Source: Alphaproteobacteria bacterium (lineage in GTDB: Bacteria; Pseudomonadota; Alphaproteobacteria; UBA828). Taken from it: a DNA stretch of 64,000 nt. This document shows, piece after piece, positions 22,201 through 31,790 of the stretch; within the stretch, counting starts at the first letter, position 1, and each line of letters starts with the position of its first letter. Location: the NCBI GenBank assembly GCA_965214705.1, contig CBDCCI010000001.1, positions 608,001 to 672,000 of the forward strand, given 5' to 3'. Under the pieces are notes generated by a model. The model was not told the origin of the DNA and ran no database searches. It saw only the letters and a list, made by a program, of their open reading frames with translations. The position numbers were made by a program, and so were the translations under genes.

Positions 22201-22243
22201 ATGGTCCCACGTTGAGTTGTTCAAGCGGCACGCCAACGCATGA
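19229..22243 (+). CDS. Large N6-adenine DNA methyltransferase (Type IIG/Eco57I-like architecture)
   Basis: GGYFTPRPIA, VLDPAVGGGIFL, GFDIN, VIGNPPW; TRD-like C-terminal half. Confidence 0.88.
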   Translation: MTDIRALLTLFGADPSTLRLLDDECPELLPYATLMTARRNGQSDLDAVEAVYEWQDAPLVFLIDADSLEGDNQLQRIRRLLAMRGDAPYLGVIAPGSLRVYRIALDRKSPRQARVGWEDGEGARSTLFARLANERPNAAITHSGWISNVVLRLLSGSMTTLIHLDVSHEDAISLVGRALFTRFLGDRNLLPESMSQPGTAESLFDDRYMAEQTSKWLDDTFNGDLLPLSADIFGRLPERGYRVLGDILRRAPEGQLFLRWEEKWSNLDFAHIPVGVLSQAYELYLREHAPSKQKREGGYFTPRPIAELMVRASFRALQRRNAGKAAKVLDPAVGGGIFLLTAFRELVGEHWRVDGKRPGTETLRRILYEQIVGFDINEAALRFSALGLYLLSIELDPNPRPVDKLRFGDLRKTVLHQVKRVEEVERKALGSLGPHVGDEHKARYDLVIGNPPWASGTMLPEWNRVLRLIAHIAADRGIANKAPPLPNEVLDLPFVWRAMQWAKPDGQIAFALHARLLFAQGDGMPAARQALFEALDVTSVVNGADLRQTKVWPHVLAPFCILFATNRIPGAEAGFRVISPRIEDSLNKAGGMRIDTINAEVVASRQLVETPEILKVLFRGSKADLGVLERIRAVGHPTLYDYWKESFGLGANGRLRGSGNGYQTLRPTSRVRRHGDGLPGVDASYLHGRPQITKGPFTRLLIDSSLLDLFSHERIHDPRSIDLFAGPQAILHESPPKSTARISVAVSDEGVVYNTSFHGYCPGAHPDAALIVRYLALVLGSKLAIWFALVTSGRFGVERDVVEKIALDRLPLPHFDQLTPLQREEIGRLTEGLDSGKMSWEDVDEWVMRLYGLGKRDLQVVFDTLEFNLPYPKNKRNAQAPPSAEERARFCDVLRDELKPWCNRFGSRLAVYQIPPPTMAPWQAIAVRTGPGHITETVSEDDWAGLLRAADEAAASEILVDNGPDGLLIGRLAQRRYWSMTQAWQLAQRIAWSHVELFKRHANA

Positions 22244-22950
22244 GAGGTCAAACGGTTCGGCCTCGACAGGACCAAGTCGCGGCGCTGACCCGCGGCGTTC
22301 GGCTGCCGCTGGCGCCTATCGAGGACGAACATCTCAAAATACTGGCAGAAGGCTTGCAGCGTGCGTTCCATGACGTTCGCGAGCACGAGCCGGACACAGT
22401 CTCCTCTGGCGGAGAGGCGGAAGTGACTGCGTTGATGCAGGCGCGCCTGAACGGGCTGATCCAAGAGGACTCTCTTTGGCGTCAGCTCGTCCTTTGCGTC
22501 GTACGTGGAGCGGAGAGTATCAGTTTCGACGGCGCTCACCTTGAGAAACGCCCAGACCTCTCGATCGTCCTTTCAAGCGCAGACCGGCGCTTTCCCCTAA
22601 TTGCCGAGGCGAAAATTCTCGACGCCGGGGCGTCGAAGACAACAAAACTGTATTGTGAGAATGGGCTTCGGCGATTCGTGCTGGGCGACTATGCGTGGGC
22701 CAACCGCGAAGCATTCATGATCGGCTACGTTCGGGATGGGTCGATGATCGATCCGGCACTCACGGCCTTTTTGTCGAAAGCAGCAGTTTCGGATCCTGAC
22801 CGCTACTTGCTCGAATCGCTTCCCGTCCCTGTTCCGACAAGCCCTTTCGACTTGGCGTACACACGCCATGACCGAAGTTTTGTCTACGGCAACCAAGAAC
22901 CGCCGAATAACCCCGGGCCCATTTCCCTCTGGCATTTGTGGCTAGCGTAG
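22240..22950 (+). CDS. Putative PD-(D/E)XK nuclease coupled to the MTase
   Basis: KRPDLSI...IAEAKIL motif; ATGA overlap with the MTase stop. Confidence 0.6.
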   Translation: MRGQTVRPRQDQVAALTRGVRLPLAPIEDEHLKILAEGLQRAFHDVREHEPDTVSSGGEAEVTALMQARLNGLIQEDSLWRQLVLCVVRGAESISFDGAHLEKRPDLSIVLSSADRRFPLIAEAKILDAGASKTTKLYCENGLRRFVLGDYAWANREAFMIGYVRDGSMIDPALTAFLSKAAVSDPDRYLLESLPVPVPTSPFDLAYTRHDRSFVYGNQEPPNNPGPISLWHLWLA

Positions 22951-23007
22951 GCAGACTGGAGGGCTACCTCAGTCAATCCGACGGTTGGCCGAACGCGAAA
23001 GGATTAC

Positions 23008-26000
23008 CTAGACTCGTGCCGCTTCATCGTCCACCTCCTCCGACCAGCTACTGTCGTCTTGCTCATCCACCTCGTACGGATCAATGTCTGCCGCCACCTC
23101 TTCGTGTACAGCATTCCCGCTGTTAACGGGCCTTGTGCCGTACGCTTGGGTGTAGGTCTGGCATGGCGATCGTAAGTCATTGATTTAGCGCGATTGGCGG
23201 GTGGCCGTAGGCAGCCAGAATCGGGTTTTCGTGACAATCGGCCGGTGCAGGGCCGGATTTTGTCACAACGGCGGCATCCAGCAGTGGTGGGTGGGAACGC
23301 TCCGCACCGCGAGATGCGGTAGGATGCCGCGCCGACAACCCAACATCAGACCCAACATCAGGAGCGTTCCCATGCCAGTGTCGCAGTCTCTCATCGCCTC
23401 GTCCATCGACCTTTTGGGCCTGCCTGCCGAAGTCGCCGAAGCGGTCGCCCAGGTGGTGGAGTTCTGTCGCGAACAGGCTGGGTCTGACCCGTCTGCCGAG
23501 ACGTTCGAAACGGTTGAGACGGGGCTGCGGGACGCCATGAACGGCTTGGGTTGCAAGCTCCTTGGGGCCTTCGCCGAGAGCCGCGACGACGGTGCGAGCC
23601 GGATCGAGCGCGACGGACAGAGCTGGGTCCGGGTGGCGGCGACGCCGAAGACGATCATGACGACGCTCGGTCCCGTGACCTATCGGCGTGCGCGCTATCG
23701 CAGCGGCGCGAGCAGCACGTCGCTGGTGCCGGTGGACGAGAGCCTGGGCCTCATCGACGACTACCTGACGCGGCCGGCGGCGCAGCTCGGGCTGATGATG
23801 ATGGGCCACTGTACGCCGCGTGAAGCGGAGGAGTTCTTCGCGAAAATGGGCGGAATGACGCCGTCGGTGAGCACGCTGCAGCGCCTGGCCCTGAGCATGC
23901 ATGAGCACTGGGAGAGCGTCGCCCCGGAGACGCTGGCCAGCATCCGTGAAACCCAGGGCATACCGCCCGATGCGGTCACCGCGTCCGTCTCCCTTGACGG
24001 CGTCATGGTGGCGCTGCGGGCCGGCGAGGACGGCCGTGCCGAGGCGTGCTGGCGCGAGGCCTCTTGCGGCACGGTCTCCTTCCACGACGCCGAGGGCCAA
24101 CGGCTGAAGACCCTCTATCTCGGCCGTATGCCCGAGAGCGGCAAGGCCGCGCTGAAAGCGCAACTTGCAAGCGAGGTCGCCCATATCCGCCGTGTGAGCC
24201 CGAAGATCAGGATCGGCGCCGTCGCCGACGGGGCCGCCGACAACTGGACCTTCCTCGAAAGCCTCTCGCCCGAGACCGAGGTCATCGACTTCTGGCACGC
24301 TTGCGAGCATCTCCGCGTGGCCTCTGACCATGCGGTGGCGCGCCACTGGTTCGAGAAGCACCGCGAAATCCTGCGCCACGACCCCCGCGGCGTCGACAAG
24401 GTGATCCGGGCACTGCGCTACCTCCTGGACAGGGCAAAGGGGGACCCGGCCGAGATCGAGCGCGAGCTGGCCTTCTTCCGAAAGCACCGCCATCGGATGC
24501 GCTACCACGCCCTGAAGGAAGAGGGCATCGCCATCGGCTCGGGTGTGGTCGAGGCGGCCTGCAAGACCCTCGTCGCGCAGCGCTTGAAACGCTCGGGCAT
24601 GCGCTGGCGGATCGACGGCGGGCAGGCGGTTCTGACCTTCCGCGCCCTGATCAAATCCGGCCTCTTCGACCGGGCATGGGATGCGCTCATGGACGCCCGA
24701 TCCGGACCAGCTAACGACAACATCAGCCCAACCGAAGTCCTGGCACTCGCTGCTTGACCAAAATGAACCAGCCCATATCCTTTAGCGCCATCACGACTGG
24801 CATATCGCCATACGAGAATCACACCCGTACGCTTGCCGATATGTTCGTACCCAGACAATCATTTCCTCGTCCATGCGCTTCAGCTCGTCGCGCCAACGAC
24901 TTACAAGCTCCGGTTCCGCACCCCGAACGTCCGCAATTGGCCTATCATCGTCTCCACGGGTAGCCAACAAGGCATCAAATGCCTCGCTGAGGTTTTCTAT
25001 CGCGCCGTCAAGATCATTCTGTGCACTAACGTACCGATCTAGTGGCGTGTTACCAGGGTCTTGGGCTTTCCGTGCCTTTCCAGGAGGCGGAAACGTGTTC
25101 CGGAGATAAATGTCGCTGATAGTCTGATCACCAGACCCATCAGACAGAGACTTAACATTTCCATTCTCATCCACTGCACGAATTGGCTGCTCGTTGGCAT
25201 AGTCCTGAACTGCCTGGCCGAACTGATAGATCCCCTGCGGATTGCGTCGCATGGCATCCAGCACTTCCCCGGGAGTACGCCGATCCGGCTGCTCGTTACC
25301 CGCGGATCCCCTATCGGCATTCAACCTGCCAGAAACAACCAGCGGATAGGACGCCCGGACCGCGAGTTCCACGGTCGATGGTCCTGGGTCTTCGGTTGCA
25401 TGGGTGCCAATCCATGCTTGCAACTCGGTCAGAGCGGCCTTTTGGAGTTCTGCGTTCGACCGCCCGGTAGGTTCCCAGTCATGAACACGAACAAACTTGC
25501 CGAACGAATGACGGAGATATCGCCGAACCTGATCCACCTTGCTCGGCTCATCAGCAACCGCACGGAGTATCAGCACAGTAGCAAGGTCATGCATTAGTTT
25601 GGAAGTGATACGTTTGCGGGTGGATTGGCTGGTCACCGCCACGCGAATGGCGTAGTCCACCCGCTCGTCATGGTTAGTGAAGAGATGGACAATTCGTGCC
25701 GCCCGCAACACGGGATCGTCCGGAAGGTGTGCAGCCTTTGCCTCGGCCTGAGTACACGATCCAGCAAGATATGCATACTCAGTCGAAGAGATAAGATCAC
25801 GCCGATACAACTCGGCAAGCACCTCGTCTGCAAGCGATTCGTATTCAGGCCCGTCACCCCAAGGCTTCGGAGGATCAACGTGGCGCAATGCTACGAGCGA
25901 CTTCACTGCCGTCGGAAATTGGGCCGAGGATTGTGGATGAGGCAAGAACCCAACAATAATCAGCGCCGGTATGCGCTCACAACGAAGAGCGATGCTTTCA

Positions 26001-26749
26001 CTCTCATCCGGTCCACGCTCGTGAGTCTTATTCAGCTTTCGGATGTGAGCACGCAGTTTCGACTCATTGTCGTCGTAAGGAACATCACTCGATCGGATTT
26101 GCAGCAGGTCGTGAACACACGTAGTCCGCGAAGAGCCCTCCGCTGTAGTCAATGCCGTCACCGCCGCAGATCCGTCCTCGTGCTGATATGTCGTAGCAAC
26201 CACCCAGACGGCCTCCATTACCCCCTGGGACGCGATCGACCTGCGCCAGTCATTCTCAGCGAGTACGTATCCGGCTGCATGTTGCGCAGCCCATGTCAGA
26301 TGGTGCCGGCTCTCGATATCCACCACGAGCTCGCCCTTGTTCGGCTCCTCGGAGTCAAACGGACGAGCTTCCGGGACTGGCCTAAACTTGGAATCTTCAC
26401 CACCGGTCCCGGGTTCAATCGCGAACGGGTGACGGCGTGAAGGAAGCGTTCTCGGGTTGCGGGGGTCGGGCATGATGCGGCGCGCCCAGACACTGGTCCG
26501 AACCCCCAGTAACGTACCGCCGGGAACCGGAATCTTCTCCGCTTCTGGATCCGCGGGGTCACCTATTGATTTCCGTACGTCAGTCGGGTCAACGACAGCG
26601 TTGGCTATCGCCGAAGCGGAAACATCGGACAAGCCGAAGGCGTCAACCAGCCGTGCCGCCAAGCTATGGCGTGACCTCGCGTTTGCGTATTCTGGTAGGC
26701 TCTCTACTGGACGCGGGATGACGTGCGGTTCATTCGTGTACTTATTCAT
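23008..26749 (-). CDS. ~690-aa protein with ParB/Srx-like motifs; acidic C-terminal tail cut off by an IS
   Basis: GGAGG RBS; IMPDPRNPR, SIASQGVMEAV, AEGSSR; IS removal restores QAY|GTRPVNSG...EEVDDEAARV*. Confidence 0.6.
23148..24826 (+). mobile_element. ISKra4/ISLre2-like (mutator-type) IS
   Basis: GGGTGT...ACACCC ends; 8-bp TSD GTACGCTT (23140-23147, 24827-24834). Confidence 0.88.
23372..24757 (+). CDS. UPF0236/ISKra4-type transposase
   Basis: SLDGVM, VADGAADNW, IDFWHACEHL, IGSGVVEAACK...RLKRSGMRW. Confidence 0.88.
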   Translation: MPVSQSLIASSIDLLGLPAEVAEAVAQVVEFCREQAGSDPSAETFETVETGLRDAMNGLGCKLLGAFAESRDDGASRIERDGQSWVRVAATPKTIMTTLGPVTYRRARYRSGASSTSLVPVDESLGLIDDYLTRPAAQLGLMMMGHCTPREAEEFFAKMGGMTPSVSTLQRLALSMHEHWESVAPETLASIRETQGIPPDAVTASVSLDGVMVALRAGEDGRAEACWREASCGTVSFHDAEGQRLKTLYLGRMPESGKAALKAQLASEVAHIRRVSPKIRIGAVADGAADNWTFLESLSPETEVIDFWHACEHLRVASDHAVARHWFEKHREILRHDPRGVDKVIRALRYLLDRAKGDPAEIERELAFFRKHRHRMRYHALKEEGIAIGSGVVEAACKTLVAQRLKRSGMRWRIDGGQAVLTFRALIKSGLFDRAWDALMDARSGPANDNISPTEVLALAA

Positions 26750-27131
26750 GACTCCTCCAGATTTCGCGTCCCACACAGTCTCGTTCGTAGGACGATGAAA
26801 CAACGGTGCGAAGCAGGGGACCGCCTACGGCAGCCCCCTGCTCGCTAGTCGAACGAGGAACTACGACCTCATCTTGCGCCGCAGTTGGGCATGAAAGTTC
26901 TTGAACGAAGCCGCTACGCGGAGTTAGCGGCGTAGAGTTCATTCATTTCCGAGGCGTCGCGGGTGCCGTTTGTTCTGTGCGTTCGCTTCCCGGTTGCGTC
27001 AGTGGCGCTCCGCCCGTCGGGTGGCGGATCCCCAGCAGCCTCCCGATCACCAGTGGTTAGCATCGACCCCTGCGACGGACCGTCGCCGGATCGGTCCGGC
27101 GGCGCGCCGTCGCGATCCAGGGAGATCGATA

Positions 27132-28010
27132 ATGACCGGGACCGCGTGCGACACGAACACCGTCACCCCTCTTCGCCAGCGCATGGAGGAGCAGCTCCGC
27201 ATCGCCAATCTGGCCGCGAGCACGTCCAAGGCCTACATCTGCGAGATCAAGAACCTGGCCAGGTACTACGACGCCTCGCCGGACGAGCTCGACGCCGAGC
27301 AGGTGCGCCAGTGGTACCTGGGGCGGATCGACAAGGGGCTCAGTCCGGGCACGACCAACGTCTCCTTCGCCGCGCTGAACTTCCTCTACATCGACACACT
27401 CGGCTGGCCTGACCATGTCGCCGGCCTGCGCTCCCGCAAGAAGCCCGGCAAGCTGCCGCGCTACATGTCGGAGCAGGAGGTCGAGCACCTCATCCTTGCG
27501 ACACCCGACCTCCGCCACCGTGCTGCCATTGTCACCGGCTATGGCGGCGGGCTCCGCATCTCCGAGACCTTGGCCATCAAGGTCGGCGACATCCTGTCGG
27601 AGAAGAAGCTGCTGCACATCCCCTCCGGCAAAGGCGGCACCGAGAGAATGGCACCGTTGCCGGACATCGTCATCCACTACTTGCGCGTCTACTACAGGAA
27701 CATCTGGCCGCGTCCGACGAGCTGGCTCTTCTACGGCGTCTCGCTCGACAGGCCCATCGCAACGGAGACCTTGCAGGCCGCCTTCAGGAGGGCGCGCGAC
27801 ATTGCCGAGCTCGACCGCAGCTACACCTTCCATTGCCTGCGCCATTCGGCGGCGACCCATCTCCTCGAGCGCGGCGGCGATATCGAGGTGATCCGGGACA
27901 TGCTCGGCCATCGAAGCGCGAACACGACCCGTCACTACGCCCGCGTCACCGGCAAGATGTTCGAGGGCCTCGACCACCCGATCTCAGGCTTCGCAGCGTT
28001 GCGCAACTGA
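27132..28010 (+). CDS. Tyrosine recombinase (SAM-like N-domain)
   Basis: YGGGLRISE, SGKGG, FHCLRHSAATHLLE, MLGH...TTRHY. Confidence 0.92.
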   Translation: MTGTACDTNTVTPLRQRMEEQLRIANLAASTSKAYICEIKNLARYYDASPDELDAEQVRQWYLGRIDKGLSPGTTNVSFAALNFLYIDTLGWPDHVAGLRSRKKPGKLPRYMSEQEVEHLILATPDLRHRAAIVTGYGGGLRISETLAIKVGDILSEKKLLHIPSGKGGTERMAPLPDIVIHYLRVYYRNIWPRPTSWLFYGVSLDRPIATETLQAAFRRARDIAELDRSYTFHCLRHSAATHLLERGGDIEVIRDMLGHRSANTTRHYARVTGKMFEGLDHPISGFAALRN

Positions 28011-28016
28011 CGGCGC

Positions 28017-29258
28017 GTGGAGGCCGAACGCGCGGGCGTGGCGGAGATCTTCCGCCGCGCCGGCGCCGCTTTCCGTGAGCGCCACAAAGGGCGCATCGAC
28101 GCCGCCCGGCTCAAGGTCATGGGCGCCATCGAGGCGTGCCGCACCGCCGTGCTCGGCGGCCACATGTACGCCTGCGAGGGCTGCGGGCGCGAGCATCCGC
28201 TCTTCAACTCCTGCCGCAACCGCCACTGCCCCACCTGCCAGGGTCTCGCCGCCAACCTCTGGAGCGAGGAGCGCGCCGGGGACATCCTGCCGGTGCCCTA
28301 CTTCCATGTGGTCTTCACCCTGCCCAAGGAGGTTGCCGCCATTGCCTTCTGCAACCGCAGGGTGGTGTTCGACATCCTCTTCCGGGCCGTCGCCGAGACC
28401 CTGCGCACCATCGCCGCCGATCCCCGCCACGGCGGCATGCGCATCGGCGGCACCGCGGTCCTCCATACCTGGGATCAGAAGCTCCGCTTCCACCCGCACC
28501 TGCACGTGGTCGTGCCCAACGCGGGCTTCGACGTAGACAGTGGCGAGTGGAAGACGGGGAGCACCACCTTCCTCGCCCCCGTCAAGGTCCTCGGCAGCCT
28601 GTTCCGCCGCCTCTTCCTCAAGGAGCTCGCCCGCGCCCACGGCCGGGGGGACCTGGAGTTCCACGGCACCCTCGCCCACCTCGCCAATCCCGGCGAGTTC
28701 CACGCCACGCTTGCCGCCGCCCGGGCCAGGGACTGGGTGGTCTACGCCAAGCGGCCCTTCCGCGGGCCTGAGCAGGTCTTCCGGTACCTCTCGCACTACA
28801 CGCACAGGATCGCCATCTCCGACAGCCGCATCGTCTCCTTCGACGGCGAGACGGTCTCCTTCCGCCACCGAAAGCCCAAGGCGCCGGGGCAGAGAAAGCC
28901 GCGCTACGGCATCGCCACCGTGAGCGCCGACGAGTTCATCCGCCGCTTCCTGAGGCACGTCCTGCCGGACGGCATGCACCGCATTCGCTACTTCGGCATC
29001 CTCGCCAACGGCTGCCGCGCCAGCACGCTGGAGAGAGCACGCCAGGCTCTCGGCGCCCTCGGCTGCGCCGCCCCCGAGGGAAGCGTGGACGGCGCTCAGG
29101 CCGAGCCCGACGAAGAGCCCGAGATCGGCACCGCGCCCGTGGCCTGCCCCCACTGCGGCGGCGTCATGCGCCTCGTCCGCGAAATCCGCCGCCGCCATGA
29201 GCCCCGCTCGACGCGCGGCCCGCCGGCGCTGCCGCCGACCCACAGGGGGAAACCGTGA
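28017..29258 (+). CDS. IS91-family Y2 HUH transposase
   Basis: CRT...CEGC...SCRNRHCPTC zinc domain, HPHLH (HUH), YLSHY (Y2), RIRYFGIL. Confidence 0.93.
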   Translation: MEAERAGVAEIFRRAGAAFRERHKGRIDAARLKVMGAIEACRTAVLGGHMYACEGCGREHPLFNSCRNRHCPTCQGLAANLWSEERAGDILPVPYFHVVFTLPKEVAAIAFCNRRVVFDILFRAVAETLRTIAADPRHGGMRIGGTAVLHTWDQKLRFHPHLHVVVPNAGFDVDSGEWKTGSTTFLAPVKVLGSLFRRLFLKELARAHGRGDLEFHGTLAHLANPGEFHATLAAARARDWVVYAKRPFRGPEQVFRYLSHYTHRIAISDSRIVSFDGETVSFRHRKPKAPGQRKPRYGIATVSADEFIRRFLRHVLPDGMHRIRYFGILANGCRASTLERARQALGALGCAAPEGSVDGAQAEPDEEPEIGTAPVACPHCGGVMRLVREIRRRHEPRSTRGPPALPPTHRGKP

Positions 29259-30109
29259 GACGCCCGCTCGCTTCGGCCCCGCGCAACGGCGCCAAAGCGC
29301 CGACGCACGACCGAACCTGTCTCCGCTTGAGCCGGGCTGACAGCCCTCGGCTCACACCCCGCTCAGTCCTCGCAGCGTGCGCCCGCATGCCTGCCGAAAG
29401 ACCGGCGCGAGCGTCGATTTTATGCGCAACTCTGCTGCCGGTGGATGCCGCCTGACGCTGACATCAGCGCACTTTCCACATAGCTCAACTTCGCCTCTCG
29501 TGGCCCGCGGCTTCGTTCAAAAGGGTTGGGCAGGCTCTCGAGAGAGAGCCTGCCCAACCCTTAACCTTGATCGCGCGGGAGTCGGAAGGCGTGTCAGGCG
29601 CAAACACAACGCCTTCCATGTTTGGGTGTTCGAACCGCCAATGACCGCCACGGGTCTTGGTCGCGATGAACCCCTGCCGCTCAAGCTGGCGGCGGACTTC
29701 TTTCATTTCGGAACTGGCTGACATTCCTGTCTCCTTGGCTGGCGGCCAAATCGCCAATCGACCTCGGCCGCAACGTGAGTTGACCAACCGAGGTGCCAAG
29801 GAGACGGGGTCTCCGTGCGCATCCTCCTTCCGCTTGCTAGGTAAGACCCAGCGTCACCGAAGGCGGCAACAGCTGCGATGTGACCCTCCCAAGACGTACA
29901 CGAGCGCTGGGTTCATCCAGCAAATCGCGCGTAGCCGCCCCTCATCGCCAATGATGGGGTGGAAGACCGCGAACAGCTGCGTCGCGGTTAGGAGGAGTAT
30001 CGAGGAATGCGGCGGCAACGTCAACCCTGATTCGTGGGAGGCTGGTGGCCGCGCATCTCAAGTGTCGTCGATGTCGAGCGTTACCCCGCTTGGCGGGGCC
30101 AGATCGCAT

Positions 30110-30330
30110 CGGCAGAGATTCTCGACCCGGGTGCCGAGCTTGATCGCGACGGCGTCGGCCGTCACGAAGCCGATGCTGCCGATGTCCCGCGCGAGCCGTT
30201 AGGGGTTCTCCGTCATCACCTGCACGGTGTCCGCGCCGTAGTTCCGGAATGTCCGCACCGCCCGCGCCGTGCCCACGGCGTGGTTGTGCAGGAACACCCT
30301 GATCTCGCGCACGACCTTCTGCTCGGCCCG
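30110..30330 (-). pseudogene. RecD2-like helicase fragment
   Basis: KVVREIRVFLHNHAVGTARAVR...ENP*RLARDIGSIGFVTADAVA with internal stop. Confidence 0.65.
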
Positions 30331-30601
30331 GCAGACGCGAAAGCAGCGCCTCGTTGCACCGGTTCAGAAGCGCCACGCGCTCGTACAGCTGCCGCTGCTC
30401 ATCCTCGGACAGGACCAGGCGAGGATCCTCCTCACCGTCATCGGCGTCCGCGCCATGAAGTGCGCAGGCGACCATGAAGCGCGAGAAACTCATCCCGGCT
30501 TCCCTGGCCCGCCGTCCGATCGATGCGCGGTTCTCCGGCGAGCAATACATGCTGCGCGCACGCGCAATCTCCCGCTGCCCGCCTCCCTCGATGGCCGTCA
30601 T
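30330..30601 (-). pseudogene. RHH paralogue (B-type), truncated
   Basis: RSMYCSPENRASIGRRAREAGMSFSRFMV...PRLVLSEDEQRQL. Confidence 0.55.
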
Positions 30602-30985
30602 CCCAGCGCCTCCTCGGCATCGACCCGTGAACCGGCACGGCGCACCAGCACCTGCCAGGTGTCCGCCCCGGCGGAACCCTCGACGCGCTCTTTCTCGACC
30701 TCGTAGAGCACCCGCACGGCCCGCTCGATGTGCGCCACCGCGCCCGCAAGCTCGCGCGTCAAGACTCACTCTCTTGTGGACGACCGCGTGCACCTCGCCG
30801 AGGCCGACGGCGCACATGGTACCCGCATCACATCAACCGGTGCTGGCGGGAATCCGTCTTTCCGTCGCGGACCTGTGGCGCGACTGCTTTCTTCTGCCGG
30901 CGCGTTCCGGCTTCACGTCATCATTCTCCTCGTGTGGACGGCCTCGTTCACCTCTTCCATGCCGGTGGCGTACATGGCGCCCGCC

Positions 30986-31483
30986 TCACAACAGCCGATC
31001 CTGGCGGGGATCCGTTTCCCCGTCACGGGCCTGTGGCGCGATTATTTGCTTCGCGGCAGGCGGCACGACCGAGGCGGTAACGATACCGGCCCGCTCCTCA
31101 CCCAGCACCGTGGCGAGCGCAGCATGCAATTCTGCCGAGCGGCCTGGCCCGGCCATCGCGGACGCCCAGGCTGCGAACATCACCGCGATCCGTTCCTGAA
31201 TGTCGCGCACCAGGGGAACCGCATCCTCCCCCTCCAGCACCAGCGCGCGAACCTCCCGAAGCGCCTCCAGCTGCTCCCGCTGCTCTTCCTGCGCGAGCGC
31301 CAGCGCGAGACCCGCGTCCTCTTCCCAACTGTCCCGTTCCACCAGCTCCAACAGGTGGCGCGCAATCGACAGGCCGCGCCGCTCCGCGTTGCTGCGAACG
31401 ATCTCCCAATCCGCGTCCGTCGCCGAGATCGAGATGTGCCTGCTCGGCCTGCGCGCCTTCCGCCGCCGCCGCACCCGTCTCAC
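30986..31483 (-). CDS. RHH paralogue (C-type)
   Basis: ISISATDADWEIVRSNAERRGLSIARHLLE; similar to 17101-17547. Confidence 0.55.
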   Translation of the reverse strand: MRRVRRRRKARRPSRHISISATDADWEIVRSNAERRGLSIARHLLELVERDSWEEDAGLALALAQEEQREQLEALREVRALVLEGEDAVPLVRDIQERIAVMFAAWASAMAGPGRSAELHAALATVLGEERAGIVTASVVPPAAKQIIAPQARDGETDPRQDRLL

Positions 31484-31790
31484 GGCGCCCGCTCCCGCGC
31501 AAGGACGGAGATCGCGCTCACCAGGCTGAGCCCGCTGCCCCCCGGAAGCTCGCGCCGCAAAGCCCGCACGAATGCCTGCAACTCTCGCACCCCGTCCCGC
31601 TGCTCCACCTGTTCTGCTTCCGTCAGCACCAGGGATGGCGGTCCGGATCGTCGGCGAGTGCAAGCTCCAGTACATAGCGCGACACGGTCTTCTCCGCCGC
31701 CGCCGCGCGCTCCCGGATCATCGCCTGCTCCGCCGGCTTGCAGTGCAGGCTCCGCTGACGCCTGACGGGCCGCACCGCCTCCTCCGTCAC
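31480..31790 (-). pseudogene. RHH paralogue (B-type), one-base frameshift near 31632
   Basis: RSLHCKPAEQAMIRERAAAAEKTVSRYVLE...HP/LVLTEAEQ; GTGA overlaps with neighbours. Confidence 0.55.

Larger units (their letters stand above)
26901..29566 (+). mobile_element. Tyrosine recombinase + IS91(Y2) element, copy 1
   Basis: 2666 bp, TTGAACGAAGCCGC...GCGGCTTCGTTCAA plus terminal hairpin ending TTAACC; no TSD. Confidence 0.92.
26861..29724 (-). pseudogene. HicA-like small toxin gene interrupted by the integrase-IS91 element (parts 29567-29724 and 26861-26900)
   Basis: Rejoined: MSASSEMKEVRRQLERQGFIATKTRGGHWRFEHP...TPSDSRAIK|NFHAQLRRKMRS*. Confidence 0.75.

Noticed and set aside
29521-29566. Hairpin as CRISPR repeat, canonical attC or simple terminator
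   Set aside because: Occurs once per element with no spacers or cassettes and no U-tract; treated as the element end
30055-30100. GVTLDIDDT IS1380-like motif on the minus strand
   Set aside because: Too short and stop-containing to call
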